From NCBI GenBank assembly GCA_040216665.1, contig JAVJOQ010000012.1:20585-84584 (forward strand): DNA of 64,000 nucleotides, in the 5' to 3' direction. Every line of letters begins with the position of its first letter. Position 1 is the first letter of the stretch. This stretch comes from Cyclobacteriaceae bacterium (GTDB taxonomy: Bacteria; Bacteroidota; Bacteroidia; Cytophagales; Cyclobacteriaceae). Under the pieces are notes generated by a model. That model did no database searches. It was given only the letters and a program-made list of their open reading frames with translations, and had not been told where the DNA came from. The translations under genes and the position numbers were made by a program. Of the stretch, positions 48,579-57,858 are shown in pieces.

Positions 48579-51500
48579 TTATTTATCAAGCTGCATAAAA
48601 TCTTCTTTTAGTACACGATCTAAAGTGGAAATAAGAAAATCAGAGTCGGTCTTATTGAAGATAATCGGTGGCTTTATTTTCAACACGTTTTCATAAGGAC
48701 CATCTGTGCTCATGAGTATTCCTAATTCACGCATTCGGTTGGCCAAATAGGTGGCTTGTTCAGTTGCAGGTGTTAGTTGATTATCCTTCACCAATTCAAT
48801 ACCCAAAAACAATCCCAGCCCACGGATATCCCCAATAATCGGGTAATTGCTTTTAAGTTGTGCAAGGCCTTCTTTGAGATAATTGCCAATCTCTTTTGCG
48901 TTTTGTTGGAGTCCTTCATCTTCAATCACATTAAGTACTTCCAGTCCAATGGCACTGGACACAGGATTTCCACCGAAAGTATTGAAATACTCCATGCCAT
49001 TGGCAAAAGCATCTGCCAGTTGAATGGTAGTAACGACAACTCCAAACGGGTGACCATTGCCAATAGGTTTTCCAATGGTAACAATGTCCGGCACTACTCC
49101 TTGACTTTCGAATGCCCAGAAATAATCCCCTGCACGGCCACAACCCGTTTGTACCTCATCTGCAATACACACGCCACCTGCTTCTCGAACATATGTATAA
49201 GCTTCTTTCAGGTATCCATCAGGCAATACAATTTGTCCACCACAACTCAATACCGATTCGCAGATGAACCCGGCAATTCCTTTCCCCTTCAACTGAACCT
49301 TTTCAATGGCTTCTTTGACATGGGATGCATATTTTTTCCCCGCATCCGCTTTATCGCGATAGATACCTCTGTATGTGTCTGGAATTGGAACAACATGTAT
49401 ATGATCAGGTGCGCCTTTACCACCTTTTCTGTCAAACTTATAAGAACTGATATCTACACAGGCATTGGTGTTGCCATGGTATCCCACCTCAACGACCACC
49501 ATGTCTTTTTGCTGCGTGTAAGTCTTTGCGATTCGCAGTGCTAATTCATTGGCCTCGCTTCCTGAGTTGACCACATAGGCAACGTTAAGCGACTCGGGCA
49601 TAGTTGAAAGTAACTTTTCGGTAAACTGAACGATGTTCTTATGCAGATATCGGGTGTTGGTGTTAAGTACTGCCATTTGTTGTTGGCCTGACTTTACCAC
49701 TCGGGGGTGTTCATGTCCAACGTGGGCTACATTATTGACCGTATCGAGGTATTTTCTTCCATTGGCTTCGTAAAGATATTGCCTATATCCTCGCTGCATC
49801 ATGAGGGGCTTGTGATAGGAGAGACTGAGGTTTTTTCCGAGGTGTTGTTTACGGAAGGTGAGGAGGTGAACGTCTTCAACGGGTCTTGGAAGTGGAGATA
49901 AAGTACCCGCCACAAGCAACCAGGGATCAGGGCAAATGCTTTTCCAAACTTCAATTAATAGGGGAGCAGCTACACCAGGAAAGTCTCCTTTTTTACCCAG
50001 TGTATCTAACATAATTTGAAAATGCAGGTGAGGTGACCATCCTCCATTTTCATGAATAGCTCCCAGCGTACCAATGGTTTGACCTGCTTCCACTTGATCA
50101 CCTATTTTCCATTGGGCTAATGTGGTTCTACTGAGATGGCCATAAAGTGTATAAAAAGTGAACTCTGGTAAAATATCATGTTTAACAATAACCGCAGGGC
50201 CATAGTTACGATCGCCTACATTATCAGCTAAGCTGTGTATGATACCTGCCAGAGGTGCGAAAACGGTTTCTCCTGCATTTATAAATACATCCAATCCAAG
50301 GTGAATAGTTCTCCATGCTGGTCCATCATTGCTCTCCACCTCAAAGGTATCAGATGTGTAAAATGGTCTTACCTCATCGTACTTTCCCAATCCTACACTT
50401 TTGCCACTCTCTTGAATGGTTCTTTCAATTTGCGTTCGGAGCTGGTCATCATTAAGAACTGATGACTGATTCCCCAGTTCTAAACTGTCCATTCCCAAAT
50501 CAAGCCAATGGGAGTCATTCAAATCTTGAGTTACTATTGGCTTAAGTTGTGCAGTGTATGTGGAAATCCAGTCATCAAATGTAAGGCGAATAGGACAAGG
50601 CTCCATACCACAAGCATGACGAAACGCTGCGTGTGCAAAAGCGGGTGATATATCACGAAGCTTATCTAATAAGGCCCATGCAGCCTCATCACTTATTTGA
50701 AGATAGACGTTGTCTGGATTTTCATCACGATTCTGTTTGGAGCAAACTACACTGATCAGCAAACGGATGTTCAATAATGTAAACAGTACTTTTAATTCAA
50801 CCTCTTGTAATGGAAACGTGGCGTGATACCCTTTCAGAATATGATAAGCAGCTTGTATCGGATCGGGCTTGTGCATCAATGCATAGGCAAGGGCGATTGC
50901 TAATTCATTAATGGTATGAGAATATACGGCATCACCAAAATCGATTACTCCGGGCACCTTGGGGTTAGCTTTATCAAAACCAACCAACACATTGTAATCG
51001 TTGGCGTCATTATAGATTACACTTTTTGGAAGAGTGTCTTCCATGGGCTTTACAGTAGATTCGTAAAGGCCATAATAATAGGTGGCTAAGGCGTTTTTTT
51101 TATTGTCGTTGAAGTGATTGAGATGGGGTTTTACCCATTCTACCTGAGCTAAATCCCACTTGATAAACCTGTGGGCAGCCGGATGATCAAAATCCTTAAG
51201 GGCCAGGCTTAGCTTTCCGCAAAGGTTTCCTAGTTGATACAGCAATTGCTCTGAATGTGGATTGACGGTCGCAAATGGCCTTCCTTCCACCCAGGTCATC
51301 AAGCGAATGAGCCTTTCTCTTCCTTGCTTATCTTTGGTTGCAGTAATCAACTTCTTTTTGGCAGAATAAATCACTTCAGGAATCTCCAGCCCCATATTTT
51401 TAGCGATTAGGTGGAGCATCATGGAGTTTTGGAATTCCAGGTTATCCTGTTTTTCAGCTGGGTTAGCTACTTTAAAAGTATATTTCCTTTTTTCGGAGGT

Positions 51501-51608
51501 AGTTACAAGAAAGTTAAGATCAATCTCACCAGGCAGCTCCTTGATGTTTCCCTTCAGGTGATAGGTGCTGGCAATAAGGTCTTTTATTTCGGCAGAAGTG
51601 AAGTCCAT
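48579..51608 (-). CDS. three-domain fusion: APH/hydroxylysine-kinase-like phosphotransferase + M23 (LytM) domain + class-III PLP aminotransferase/phospho-lyase-like enzyme
   Basis: No signal peptide. Residues about 1-340 carry APH motifs ([19 protein letters not shown]). Residues about 430-535 carry M23 zinc motifs (H436-LGL-D440, PH527-L-H529-[10 protein letters not shown]). Residues about 590-1009 are class III aminotransferase-like ([21 protein letters not shown] lysine in [11 protein letters not shown]). Confidence 0.85.
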   Translation of the reverse strand: MDFTSAEIKDLIASTYHLKGNIKELPGEIDLNFLVTTSEKRKYTFKVANPAEKQDNLEFQNSMMLHLIAKNMGLEIPEVIYSAKKKLITATKDKQGRERLIRLMTWVEGRPFATVNPHSEQLLYQLGNLCGKLSLALKDFDHPAAHRFIKWDLAQVEWVKPHLNHFNDNKKNALATYYYGLYESTVKPMEDTLPKSVIYNDANDYNVLVGFDKANPKVPGVIDFGDAVYSHTINELAIALAYALMHKPDPIQAAYHILKGYHATFPLQEVELKVLFTLLNIRLLISVVCSKQNRDENPDNVYLQISDEAAWALLDKLRDISPAFAHAAFRHACGMEPCPIRLTFDDWISTYTAQLKPIVTQDLNDSHWLDLGMDSLELGNQSSVLNDDQLRTQIERTIQESGKSVGLGKYDEVRPFYTSDTFEVESNDGPAWRTIHLGLDVFINAGETVFAPLAGIIHSLADNVGDRNYGPAVIVKHDILPEFTFYTLYGHLSRTTLAQWKIGDQVEAGQTIGTLGAIHENGGWSPHLHFQIMLDTLGKKGDFPGVAAPLLIEVWKSICPDPWLLVAGTLSPLPRPVEDVHLLTFRKQHLGKNLSLSYHKPLMMQRGYRQYLYEANGRKYLDTVNNVAHVGHEHPRVVKSGQQQMAVLNTNTRYLHKNIVQFTEKLLSTMPESLNVAYVVNSGSEANELALRIAKTYTQQKDMVVVEVGYHGNTNACVDISSYKFDRKGGKGAPDHIHVVPIPDTYRGIYRDKADAGKKYASHVKEAIEKVQLKGKGIAGFICESVLSCGGQIVLPDGYLKEAYTYVREAGGVCIADEVQTGCGRAGDYFWAFESQGVVPDIVTIGKPIGNGHPFGVVVTTIQLADAFANGMEYFNTFGGNPVSSAIGLEVLNVIEDEGLQQNAKEIGNYLKEGLAQLKSNYPIIGDIRGLGLFLGIELVKDNQLTPATEQATYLANRMRELGILMSTDGPYENVLKIKPPIIFNKTDSDFLISTLDRVLKEDFMQLDK

Positions 51609-51762
51609 TTATTAGGCTGAATCAAGTTGTCAATTTATCCAAAATTTTATAGGTAATATTCATCAACTTACCTTTAAACGAACATGTCAAGGGCAATTTC
51701 CTGTAACTCTGTGTGGTTTTATGCGTAAAGGCTTTTATTGACCTGAATCGACTTAAGCTCTT

Positions 51763-51770
51763 TACTTTTG
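51763..51770 (+). promoter_or_regulatory. -7 box TACTTTTG upstream of the M61 peptidase gene
   Basis: Exact TAnnTTTG match 43 nt upstream of ATG 51814. Confidence 0.35.
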
Positions 51771-51813
51771 TCGCTGCGTCAAAACATTATAAATACTTAA
51801 TCCTCTTCTATTA

Positions 51814-53712
51814 ATGAGAACCTGTTTTACCCTGATTGTCATACTATTTACATCGTTAGGTGTTTTTGCTCAGAAAGGTTATGAATTTACAGTAGACCTC
51901 ATCCGTGTGGTGGATGACAAAGTAAAAGTTGAATTAACACCCCCAAGCCTCAAGGAAGATGAGGTGACGTTTTTCCTCCCTAAAATTATTCCTGGCACAT
52001 ATGCCGTTCAGGATTATGGACGGTTTGTTTCCGGATTTGAGGTGAAGGACAAAAAAGGGAACCTATTGCCCTTTGAAAAGATAGACACCAACACGTGGCG
52101 GATTAAGAGTGCAAAAAAGATAGCCAGGATAAGTTACTGGATTGAAGACAGCTTTGATACTGAATTAGCAGGGCCTGATATTTTCTGGCCTGCAGGTACT
52201 AATATTGAAGAAGGCAAAAACTTTGTGATTAACCCCAGTGGTTTCTTCGGGTATTTTGAAGGCATGAAACAAATGCCCTTCACGTTGAATGTGGTAAGAG
52301 ACCCCGCTTTTTATGGATCTACAGGATTGATTCCGGAGAAAACAGGGGAGCCCCTTACAATTTTGAAATTGGAAACTCCGCAGCCAAATAGTAAGGTGGA
52401 TGTGTTTGAGGTTCAGGATTTTGACAGACTTGCTGACTCTCCGTTGATGTATGCCAAAACAGATACTGCAGTTATTCAGGTTGGTAATACAGAGGTGTTA
52501 ATCGGATCGTATGCACCCAATGGTAAAGTAACTGCAAAAGAAATTGCTAACAGCGTGAGAGAAGTATTGATGGCGCAGAAGGAATACCTTGGGGGTAATT
52601 TGCCTGTGGATAAGTATGCATTCATATTCTATTTTACAGATCAACCGGTTACCTCATATGGCGCTTTGGAACATTCTTATTCCTCTTTCTATTACATGCC
52701 GGAAAATACCATCAATGGCATGAAGCAAACGTTGCGTGATTTTGCAGCACATGAATTTTTTCATATTGTAACACCTCTTACTATCCATTCCAATGAGATA
52801 GGCCATTTCGACTTTAACGACCCGAAAATGTCCAAGCATTTGTGGTTGTACGAAGGGGTGACGGAATACTTTTCGGGGAACATGCAGGTGAAATATAAAC
52901 TCATCACACCTGATCAATACCTTAATGTATTGCGCCAAAAGTTACTGATCTCGGATGGTTTTAAAGATGACCTGCCCTTTACTGAGTTCAGCAAGGGAGT
53001 GTTAAGCGATTATGGCGATCAATTTTATAATGTATATCAAAAGGGTGCATTGATTGGAATGTGCCTGGATATAAAATTGCGAAAACTATCAGATGGAAAA
53101 TATGGATTACAAAATTTGATAGCTGACTTGTCTAAAAAATATGGAAAAGATAAATCGTTTAATGATGATGATTTGTTTTCTGAAATAGGAGCACTTACCT
53201 ACTCAGAAATTGAAGTTTTTTTGAATACGTACGTAGCCGGACCATCAAGCTTGCCCCTAGAGGAATTATGGAAAGACGTGGGAGTGAATTATACCAAAGA
53301 GTTAGTAGAGGAAGATGTGAACCTTGGTTTTGGTAACAACAATATCTCTGTAATACAATACAATAATAAACCAATGATCTCACTTCAAAATTGTGATCGT
53401 CTGAATGAACAAGGCAAGGCGATTGGGTTTCAGAACGGTGATATTCTTATTAAAGTAGGTGAAGTTGAGCTGCCTCCATTGGGTCCAGAAACCAGCGCCA
53501 TCATATCCCAGCATAGGGCTTCCATGAAAGCGGGTGATACCGTATCCTATACCGTTTTGAGAAAAGATGAAGTAGGGGATTACAAAGAAGAAATCCTGGA
53601 AGCACCAATCATGGCGGTTCAAGTGACCAAGCGTCATATCATTTCATTTGATCAAAATGCTACGGAAGCACAATTGAAATTGAGAAACGAATGGTTAACT
53701 CCTCAGGAATAA
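51814..53712 (+). CDS. M61 family (glycyl aminopeptidase-like) metallopeptidase with PDZ domain
   Basis: Signal peptide. Zinc motif HEFFH followed by EGVTEYF. C-terminal PDZ-like segment (GFQNGDILIKVG). Confidence 0.85.
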   Translation: MRTCFTLIVILFTSLGVFAQKGYEFTVDLIRVVDDKVKVELTPPSLKEDEVTFFLPKIIPGTYAVQDYGRFVSGFEVKDKKGNLLPFEKIDTNTWRIKSAKKIARISYWIEDSFDTELAGPDIFWPAGTNIEEGKNFVINPSGFFGYFEGMKQMPFTLNVVRDPAFYGSTGLIPEKTGEPLTILKLETPQPNSKVDVFEVQDFDRLADSPLMYAKTDTAVIQVGNTEVLIGSYAPNGKVTAKEIANSVREVLMAQKEYLGGNLPVDKYAFIFYFTDQPVTSYGALEHSYSSFYYMPENTINGMKQTLRDFAAHEFFHIVTPLTIHSNEIGHFDFNDPKMSKHLWLYEGVTEYFSGNMQVKYKLITPDQYLNVLRQKLLISDGFKDDLPFTEFSKGVLSDYGDQFYNVYQKGALIGMCLDIKLRKLSDGKYGLQNLIADLSKKYGKDKSFNDDDLFSEIGALTYSEIEVFLNTYVAGPSSLPLEELWKDVGVNYTKELVEEDVNLGFGNNNISVIQYNNKPMISLQNCDRLNEQGKAIGFQNGDILIKVGEVELPPLGPETSAIISQHRASMKAGDTVSYTVLRKDEVGDYKEEILEAPIMAVQVTKRHIISFDQNATEAQLKLRNEWLTPQE

Positions 53713-53719
53713 TACTTAG

Positions 53720-55177
53720 TTATTCAATAATCGCTTCGGCTTCCATTTCTATCAAGTACTCATCACCAATGATCTCGGCCCTCACCAAGGTGTTGGCCGG
53801 TTGAATGGTTTTGAAACGTTCGCCATGCGCTCTTGAAACAGGCTCCCAGTCATTGACATGACGCACGAATATTCGGGTGCGTACCACTTGTTCCAAAGTA
53901 CCACCCAATGATTGCAATGCACCTTCAATTTTGTCTATGACGAAATGAGTTTGTGCTGCCGGATCATTGCCACCGATGGCCTTGTTACCGTGTGTAGCAG
54001 TAGTGCCTGAGACTAATATTCTATTTCCTTTTTTTATTGCTCTGCTAAACCCGGCAATGTCTTCCCACACTGTTCCACTCAATGCTTTCGTTCTTCCATC
54101 GCTTCCTTCATATGTAGGGAAGGGTGGTGGTATGGTATCTACATGATGGCTCAGGTCACCAGAAGCAGTGAGAAATGGAGGCTTTCGATATTCATCACCG
54201 CAGTCTCCTGGTATGGGCGTGAGCTCAGCTTGTACCTTCTTAATGCTTGCCTTATCCTCATCCGTTAAGCTGAATTGAAATAGCTTAGTGTTTTCCTGCA
54301 CGTGTTCGCTCTTACCTAATCTCGCTCCGATGATCACGCCACCCACTGCAGGTTGTTCTAACATGAAACGACTGGCTATATTGGCAATGGATACATCATG
54401 TTGTTTCGCGACATCGCTTAATACGGTAAGTAATTGTTGAAATTTTTCCCAGCCACCTGCTTCATCAATGAAGCGCTTGTATTTCATTTGAGACCACGTC
54501 AAGGAATCATCGAGTACTGGTTCTGGTTTCCCCAGCCATTTGTCGGTAAGGAACCCACCTGCCACTGTTCCAAAGGCGAGCAGCTTGATGTTGTGTTCAT
54601 TACATAATGTGGCCATAGCTCCCCCGGCACGTTGATCAATTACAGAATGGCACACTTGATTGCTAACTACATGGATACCACTTGCCAAAACAATTCTTAG
54701 GTGTGCTGTATCAAAATTGGTAAGGCCAATGTTGGAGATAAGCCCTTCTTCTTTTAATTCTTGTAACCAGTACAGACAATCCAACCAATTGGGATCGGCA
54801 TAATTCCAGGCATGGAATTGTAATAAATCAATCTTTTTGGCTTGTAATCTATTTAATGCGGTAACTACAGCAGCACGCACTTCTTCTTTACTAGTTTGAC
54901 CTGGTTTAGGTACCCACTTGGTCAGCAGTTGCACTTTACCGGGATCACTTAAGCTTTGCTGAAATGTTCCAGCGATGATCTCTGCTGATCCGTAATGATC
55001 GGCCATATCAAATGTGGTGAAGCCTGCATCTAGGTAAGGTTTCATCGATTGGGCTGTCGCTTCAGGGTCCAATGTTTGTCCATCACGCTCGATATCAGCA
55101 ATTTGCCAGAGTCCGGTAAGTACACGTGAGATTTGAAGGGTAGGGGATAGTTGACAGGTTTCTATTGTTGGATTCAT
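53720..55177 (-). CDS. aldo/keto reductase fused to a C-terminal RidA/YjgF-like domain
   Basis: AKR catalytic tetrad context in residues 1 to about 340: FDMADHYG (Asp, Tyr), LLTKWVPK (Lys), LQFHAWN (His). Residues about 365-485 resemble RidA (ILVSGTTA..., VRTRIFV, PANTLV, IEMEAEA). Confidence 0.8.
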   Translation of the reverse strand: MNPTIETCQLSPTLQISRVLTGLWQIADIERDGQTLDPEATAQSMKPYLDAGFTTFDMADHYGSAEIIAGTFQQSLSDPGKVQLLTKWVPKPGQTSKEEVRAAVVTALNRLQAKKIDLLQFHAWNYADPNWLDCLYWLQELKEEGLISNIGLTNFDTAHLRIVLASGIHVVSNQVCHSVIDQRAGGAMATLCNEHNIKLLAFGTVAGGFLTDKWLGKPEPVLDDSLTWSQMKYKRFIDEAGGWEKFQQLLTVLSDVAKQHDVSIANIASRFMLEQPAVGGVIIGARLGKSEHVQENTKLFQFSLTDEDKASIKKVQAELTPIPGDCGDEYRKPPFLTASGDLSHHVDTIPPPFPTYEGSDGRTKALSGTVWEDIAGFSRAIKKGNRILVSGTTATHGNKAIGGNDPAAQTHFVIDKIEGALQSLGGTLEQVVRTRIFVRHVNDWEPVSRAHGERFKTIQPANTLVRAEIIGDEYLIEMEAEAIIE

Positions 55178-55243
55178 CGGTTATCTTTAGCGCACGTAAA
55201 AAATAAATTTACCCCCTTTATTAGGATAACAAAATTGAGAATT

Positions 55244-55606
55244 ATGCAAGCGATTAATATTATCAAAAAATTCAATTTATTTTCTGAAACGTGGACCCCA
55301 AAGATCATTGGTGAGTTGAATGGACAATATGTAAAGTTGGCCAAAGTAAAAGATGAATTTGTTTGGCATGCACATGAAAATGAGGACGAGCTGTTTATGG
55401 TTTTCAAGGGAACCTTGCACATGGAATTTAGGGATCGCACAGAGGTGGTAAAAGAGGGAGAGATGATCATTGTACCTAAAGGAGTGGAGCATAACCCACG
55501 TACAAATGGAGAAGATGTGTGGGTGTTGTTGTTTGAGCCCAAAGAAACAGCCCATACAGGAGCTGTAGATCATGAAAGAACGGTCCGTGATCAGAAGTGG
55601 ATATAA
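55244..55606 (+). CDS. cupin domain protein
   Basis: ATG 55244 is preferred because the upstream part of the ORF overlaps the divergent AKR gene. Cupin motifs WHAHENEDELFMV and IVPKGVEHNP. Confidence 0.75.
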   Translation: MQAINIIKKFNLFSETWTPKIIGELNGQYVKLAKVKDEFVWHAHENEDELFMVFKGTLHMEFRDRTEVVKEGEMIIVPKGVEHNPRTNGEDVWVLLFEPKETAHTGAVDHERTVRDQKWI

Positions 55607-55611
55607 GGTTT

Positions 55612-56037
55612 ATGAAGAAGCTCATAAGTTATAAGAATGCAGTGGGCATAACTTTGGTGATTGCCGGTTTACTTGTTGTATTTCACCTGAGTATCATATT
55701 GGGGATGGTGATATTTGATTTCGCTCCTGTAGCTTACTTATGGGGAGGTAGAATGGAAACATCAGCACAATTACTACAATTTGAAATGGTCTCGTTGGGA
55801 GTTGCGTTGCTGTTTGGTGTGTTGCTGTTAATAAAGGCGGGTAAAATAAATTTTCCTGCTTTAATTGGTGTTGCTCATGTAGCCATGTGGTTGTTCTTTA
55901 TTTTGTTCCTGTTCAACACGGTTGGAAACTTGATCGCCAAAACCAATTTTGAGAAATTCTTCGCATTGGTGACTGGACTAATTGCCTTTTTATTATTGAG
56001 GATTGTCATAGAGAAAGAAACCAGAAAAGGAGCGTAA
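55612..56037 (+). CDS. hypothetical 4-TM membrane protein
   Basis: Four hydrophobic helices. ATG 55612 is preferred over GTG 55597, which overlaps the cupin stop. Confidence 0.55.
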   Translation: MKKLISYKNAVGITLVIAGLLVVFHLSIILGMVIFDFAPVAYLWGGRMETSAQLLQFEMVSLGVALLFGVLLLIKAGKINFPALIGVAHVAMWLFFILFLFNTVGNLIAKTNFEKFFALVTGLIAFLLLRIVIEKETRKGA

Positions 56038-56071
56038 CTTATGCCTGACCATGTTATTAGAAACTCATACA

Positions 56072-56785
56072 ATGGCTGATAATACAGAAGATTTAGACGA
56101 TTATTTACACAATCATTATATCCATCGAAGCAATTGGCTTAGAGCAGCTGTGCTTGGCGCCAATGATGGTATTTTGTCCACTGCCAGTATTGCTGTGGGT
56201 GTAGCTGCTGCCAGCACTACCAGAGACCCTGTTGTGTTAGCGACACTGGCCGGATTGGTCGCTGGGGCATTATCTATGGCAGCGGGAGAGTATGTTTCCG
56301 TAAGCTCTCAAACAGACATTGAAAAAGCGGATATCGAAAGAGAGAAACAAGAGCTGGAGGAAATGCCTGAATTGGAACTGCAAAGGCTGGCTCAGATTTA
56401 TGAAGAGAGGGGATTGAAGAAAGAAACGGCTTTGACAGTAGCTAAAGAACTTACTGAGAAAGATGCCCTAGGGGCACATGTGAGGGATGAGTTGGGGATA
56501 AATGAAATCAGCCAGGCCAACCCTATCCAGGCGGCATTGGCCTCTGGAGGTGCATTTACTGTGGGAGGGTTGCTGCCTTTTCTTGTTACGCTTTTCTTGC
56601 CTTTAGAGACCATGGAGTATTATTTGTATGGTTTCGCCATTTTCTTCCTTGCCTTGCTAGGCGCACTTGCAGCCAATACAGGCGGGTCAAGTGTTTTGAA
56701 AGCCATCATTAGAATTACATTTTGGGGCACTATCGCCATGGGGCTTACAGCATTGGTGGGGTATTGGTTTGGGGTGAATGTATGA
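56072..56785 (+). CDS. VIT1/CCC1 family iron/manganese transporter
   Basis: Family motifs WLRAAVLGANDGILST and GALSMAAGEYVSVSSQ, an acidic helical cytoplasmic domain, and C-terminal TM helices. Confidence 0.85.
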   Translation: MADNTEDLDDYLHNHYIHRSNWLRAAVLGANDGILSTASIAVGVAAASTTRDPVVLATLAGLVAGALSMAAGEYVSVSSQTDIEKADIEREKQELEEMPELELQRLAQIYEERGLKKETALTVAKELTEKDALGAHVRDELGINEISQANPIQAALASGGAFTVGGLLPFLVTLFLPLETMEYYLYGFAIFFLALLGALAANTGGSSVLKAIIRITFWGTIAMGLTALVGYWFGVNV

Positions 56786-56947
56786 ATAGTCTTTAGTAAT
56801 AAGTCCTAAGTAAAAAGTAGTTTCTACATTCGGTCGCTAGGGCGGTTGTTGGTGCTGTTACTATTCATAAAATCATGTTAAACACTTGGGAATGAGTCTA
56901 TTAACGATGATTTATGATTTGTTATTTTATAATACGTACATATGATT

Positions 56948-56955
56948 TATATTTG
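56948..56955 (+). promoter_or_regulatory. -7 box TATATTTG upstream of the toxin-antitoxin pair
   Basis: Exact TAnnTTTG match 19 nt upstream of ATG 56975, inside an AT-rich region containing palindromes (TACGTA, ATATGATTTATAT). Confidence 0.4.
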
Positions 56956-56974
56956 TATATATTAAACATGCAGT

Positions 56975-57217
56975 ATGGCCACCTTCACAAGTACCCTCCC
57001 GGACGACCTTCTCGAGCAACTCACAGAGAAGGCTAAATCACTTTCCCTTCCTAAAAACAGGCTAATAGAGAAAGCGCTGAGGCTATATCTCGAGCACCTT
57101 AACAAAGCAGAATACATCAAATCGTACAAGAAGGCAGCGAATGATTCGGATGTAATTTCAATAGCAGAAGAAGGGATGTCCGAGTACTTAAAGCAAATAG
57201 AGAATGAAGCAGGGTGA
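56975..57217 (+). CDS. ribbon-helix-helix (CopG-like) antitoxin
   Basis: N-terminal beta-alpha-alpha pattern (FTSTLPDDLLEQLTEKAKSLSLPKNRLIEKALRLYLEHL), an acidic C-tail, and a 14-nt overlap with the downstream MazF-like gene. Confidence 0.75.
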   Translation: MATFTSTLPDDLLEQLTEKAKSLSLPKNRLIEKALRLYLEHLNKAEYIKSYKKAANDSDVISIAEEGMSEYLKQIENEAG

Positions 57218-57536
57218 AATCTGGCAAGCAGACCTGAACCCGGTAAAAGGAAGTGAACAAGCTTGTTTCAGACCTGTAGTAATTATCAGTGGCAATCTTC
57301 TTAACGCTCACCTTCCAGTTGTTATTACGGTGCCACTAACCTCTAAAATCAAAAACTATAAAGGTAATCCGGTTTTACATCCCTCCGGCACCAACGGGTT
57401 GAATAGAAAATCAGAAATGTTGATCTTTCATATTCGCTCCATAGCCAAAGACCGTTTATTAAAAAGGTTAGGAGCGATCGAACCAGCTGAACTTGTATTA
57501 GCTACCAAAACATTGAATGAGATTTTGAAGTATTGA
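57204..57536 (+). CDS. mazF: type II toxin, MazF/PemK family endoribonuclease
   Basis: Motifs GEIWQADLNPVKGSEQACFRPVVIIS and VVITVPLTSK are typical of MazF/PemK. 110 aa. Confidence 0.85.
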   Translation: MKQGEIWQADLNPVKGSEQACFRPVVIISGNLLNAHLPVVITVPLTSKIKNYKGNPVLHPSGTNGLNRKSEMLIFHIRSIAKDRLLKRLGAIEPAELVLATKTLNEILKY

Positions 57537-57690
57537 AATCTGGCAACAGCATTTGTTGCGCCACCGATGCAATAAAAAAACTACTAACCCAACTCCCGTC
57601 ATCGAGATCCCAATAGGGGTATGTGATCTCCCTGGGCTAAAGAGAAAAACGAAAGGTCTTGGTGTAGTCATTGAGGATAATGACAGGATG

Positions 57691-57734
57691 GTCATACACT
57701 ATCCATACACTATCCATACACTATCTATACTTCA
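57691..57734 (+). repeat. tandem 11-bp direct repeat (consensus TCCATACACTA), about 4 units
   Basis: Units are GTCATACACTA, TCCATACACTA, TCCATACACTA and TCTATACTTCA. Located in the 322-nt noncoding gap about 125 nt upstream of the metallo-beta-lactamase ATG. Confidence 0.8.
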
Positions 57735-57858
57735 TCTACCTGGTATCCCCGTCTTACATTTCTGACCGATTTAAGAAAAATCGGAAAAAAGGGATGGTAG
57801 TGATTGTGTGTACGCTACCCACTCAAATAATGGAGTAAAATTTTCCTATTTTTCAAAG

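Noticed and set aside
48777-49544. 255-aa plus-strand ORF
   Set aside because: It lies entirely antisense to the well-supported class-III aminotransferase domain of the 1009-aa gene. It has no motifs and its composition looks like an antisense artefact.
57498-57765. ORFs of 65 aa (minus) and 70 aa (plus) in the mazF to beta-lactamase gap
   Set aside because: They have no start context, no motifs and odd composition. The plus-strand ORF is read straight through the 11-bp tandem repeat. The region is treated as noncoding or regulatory.
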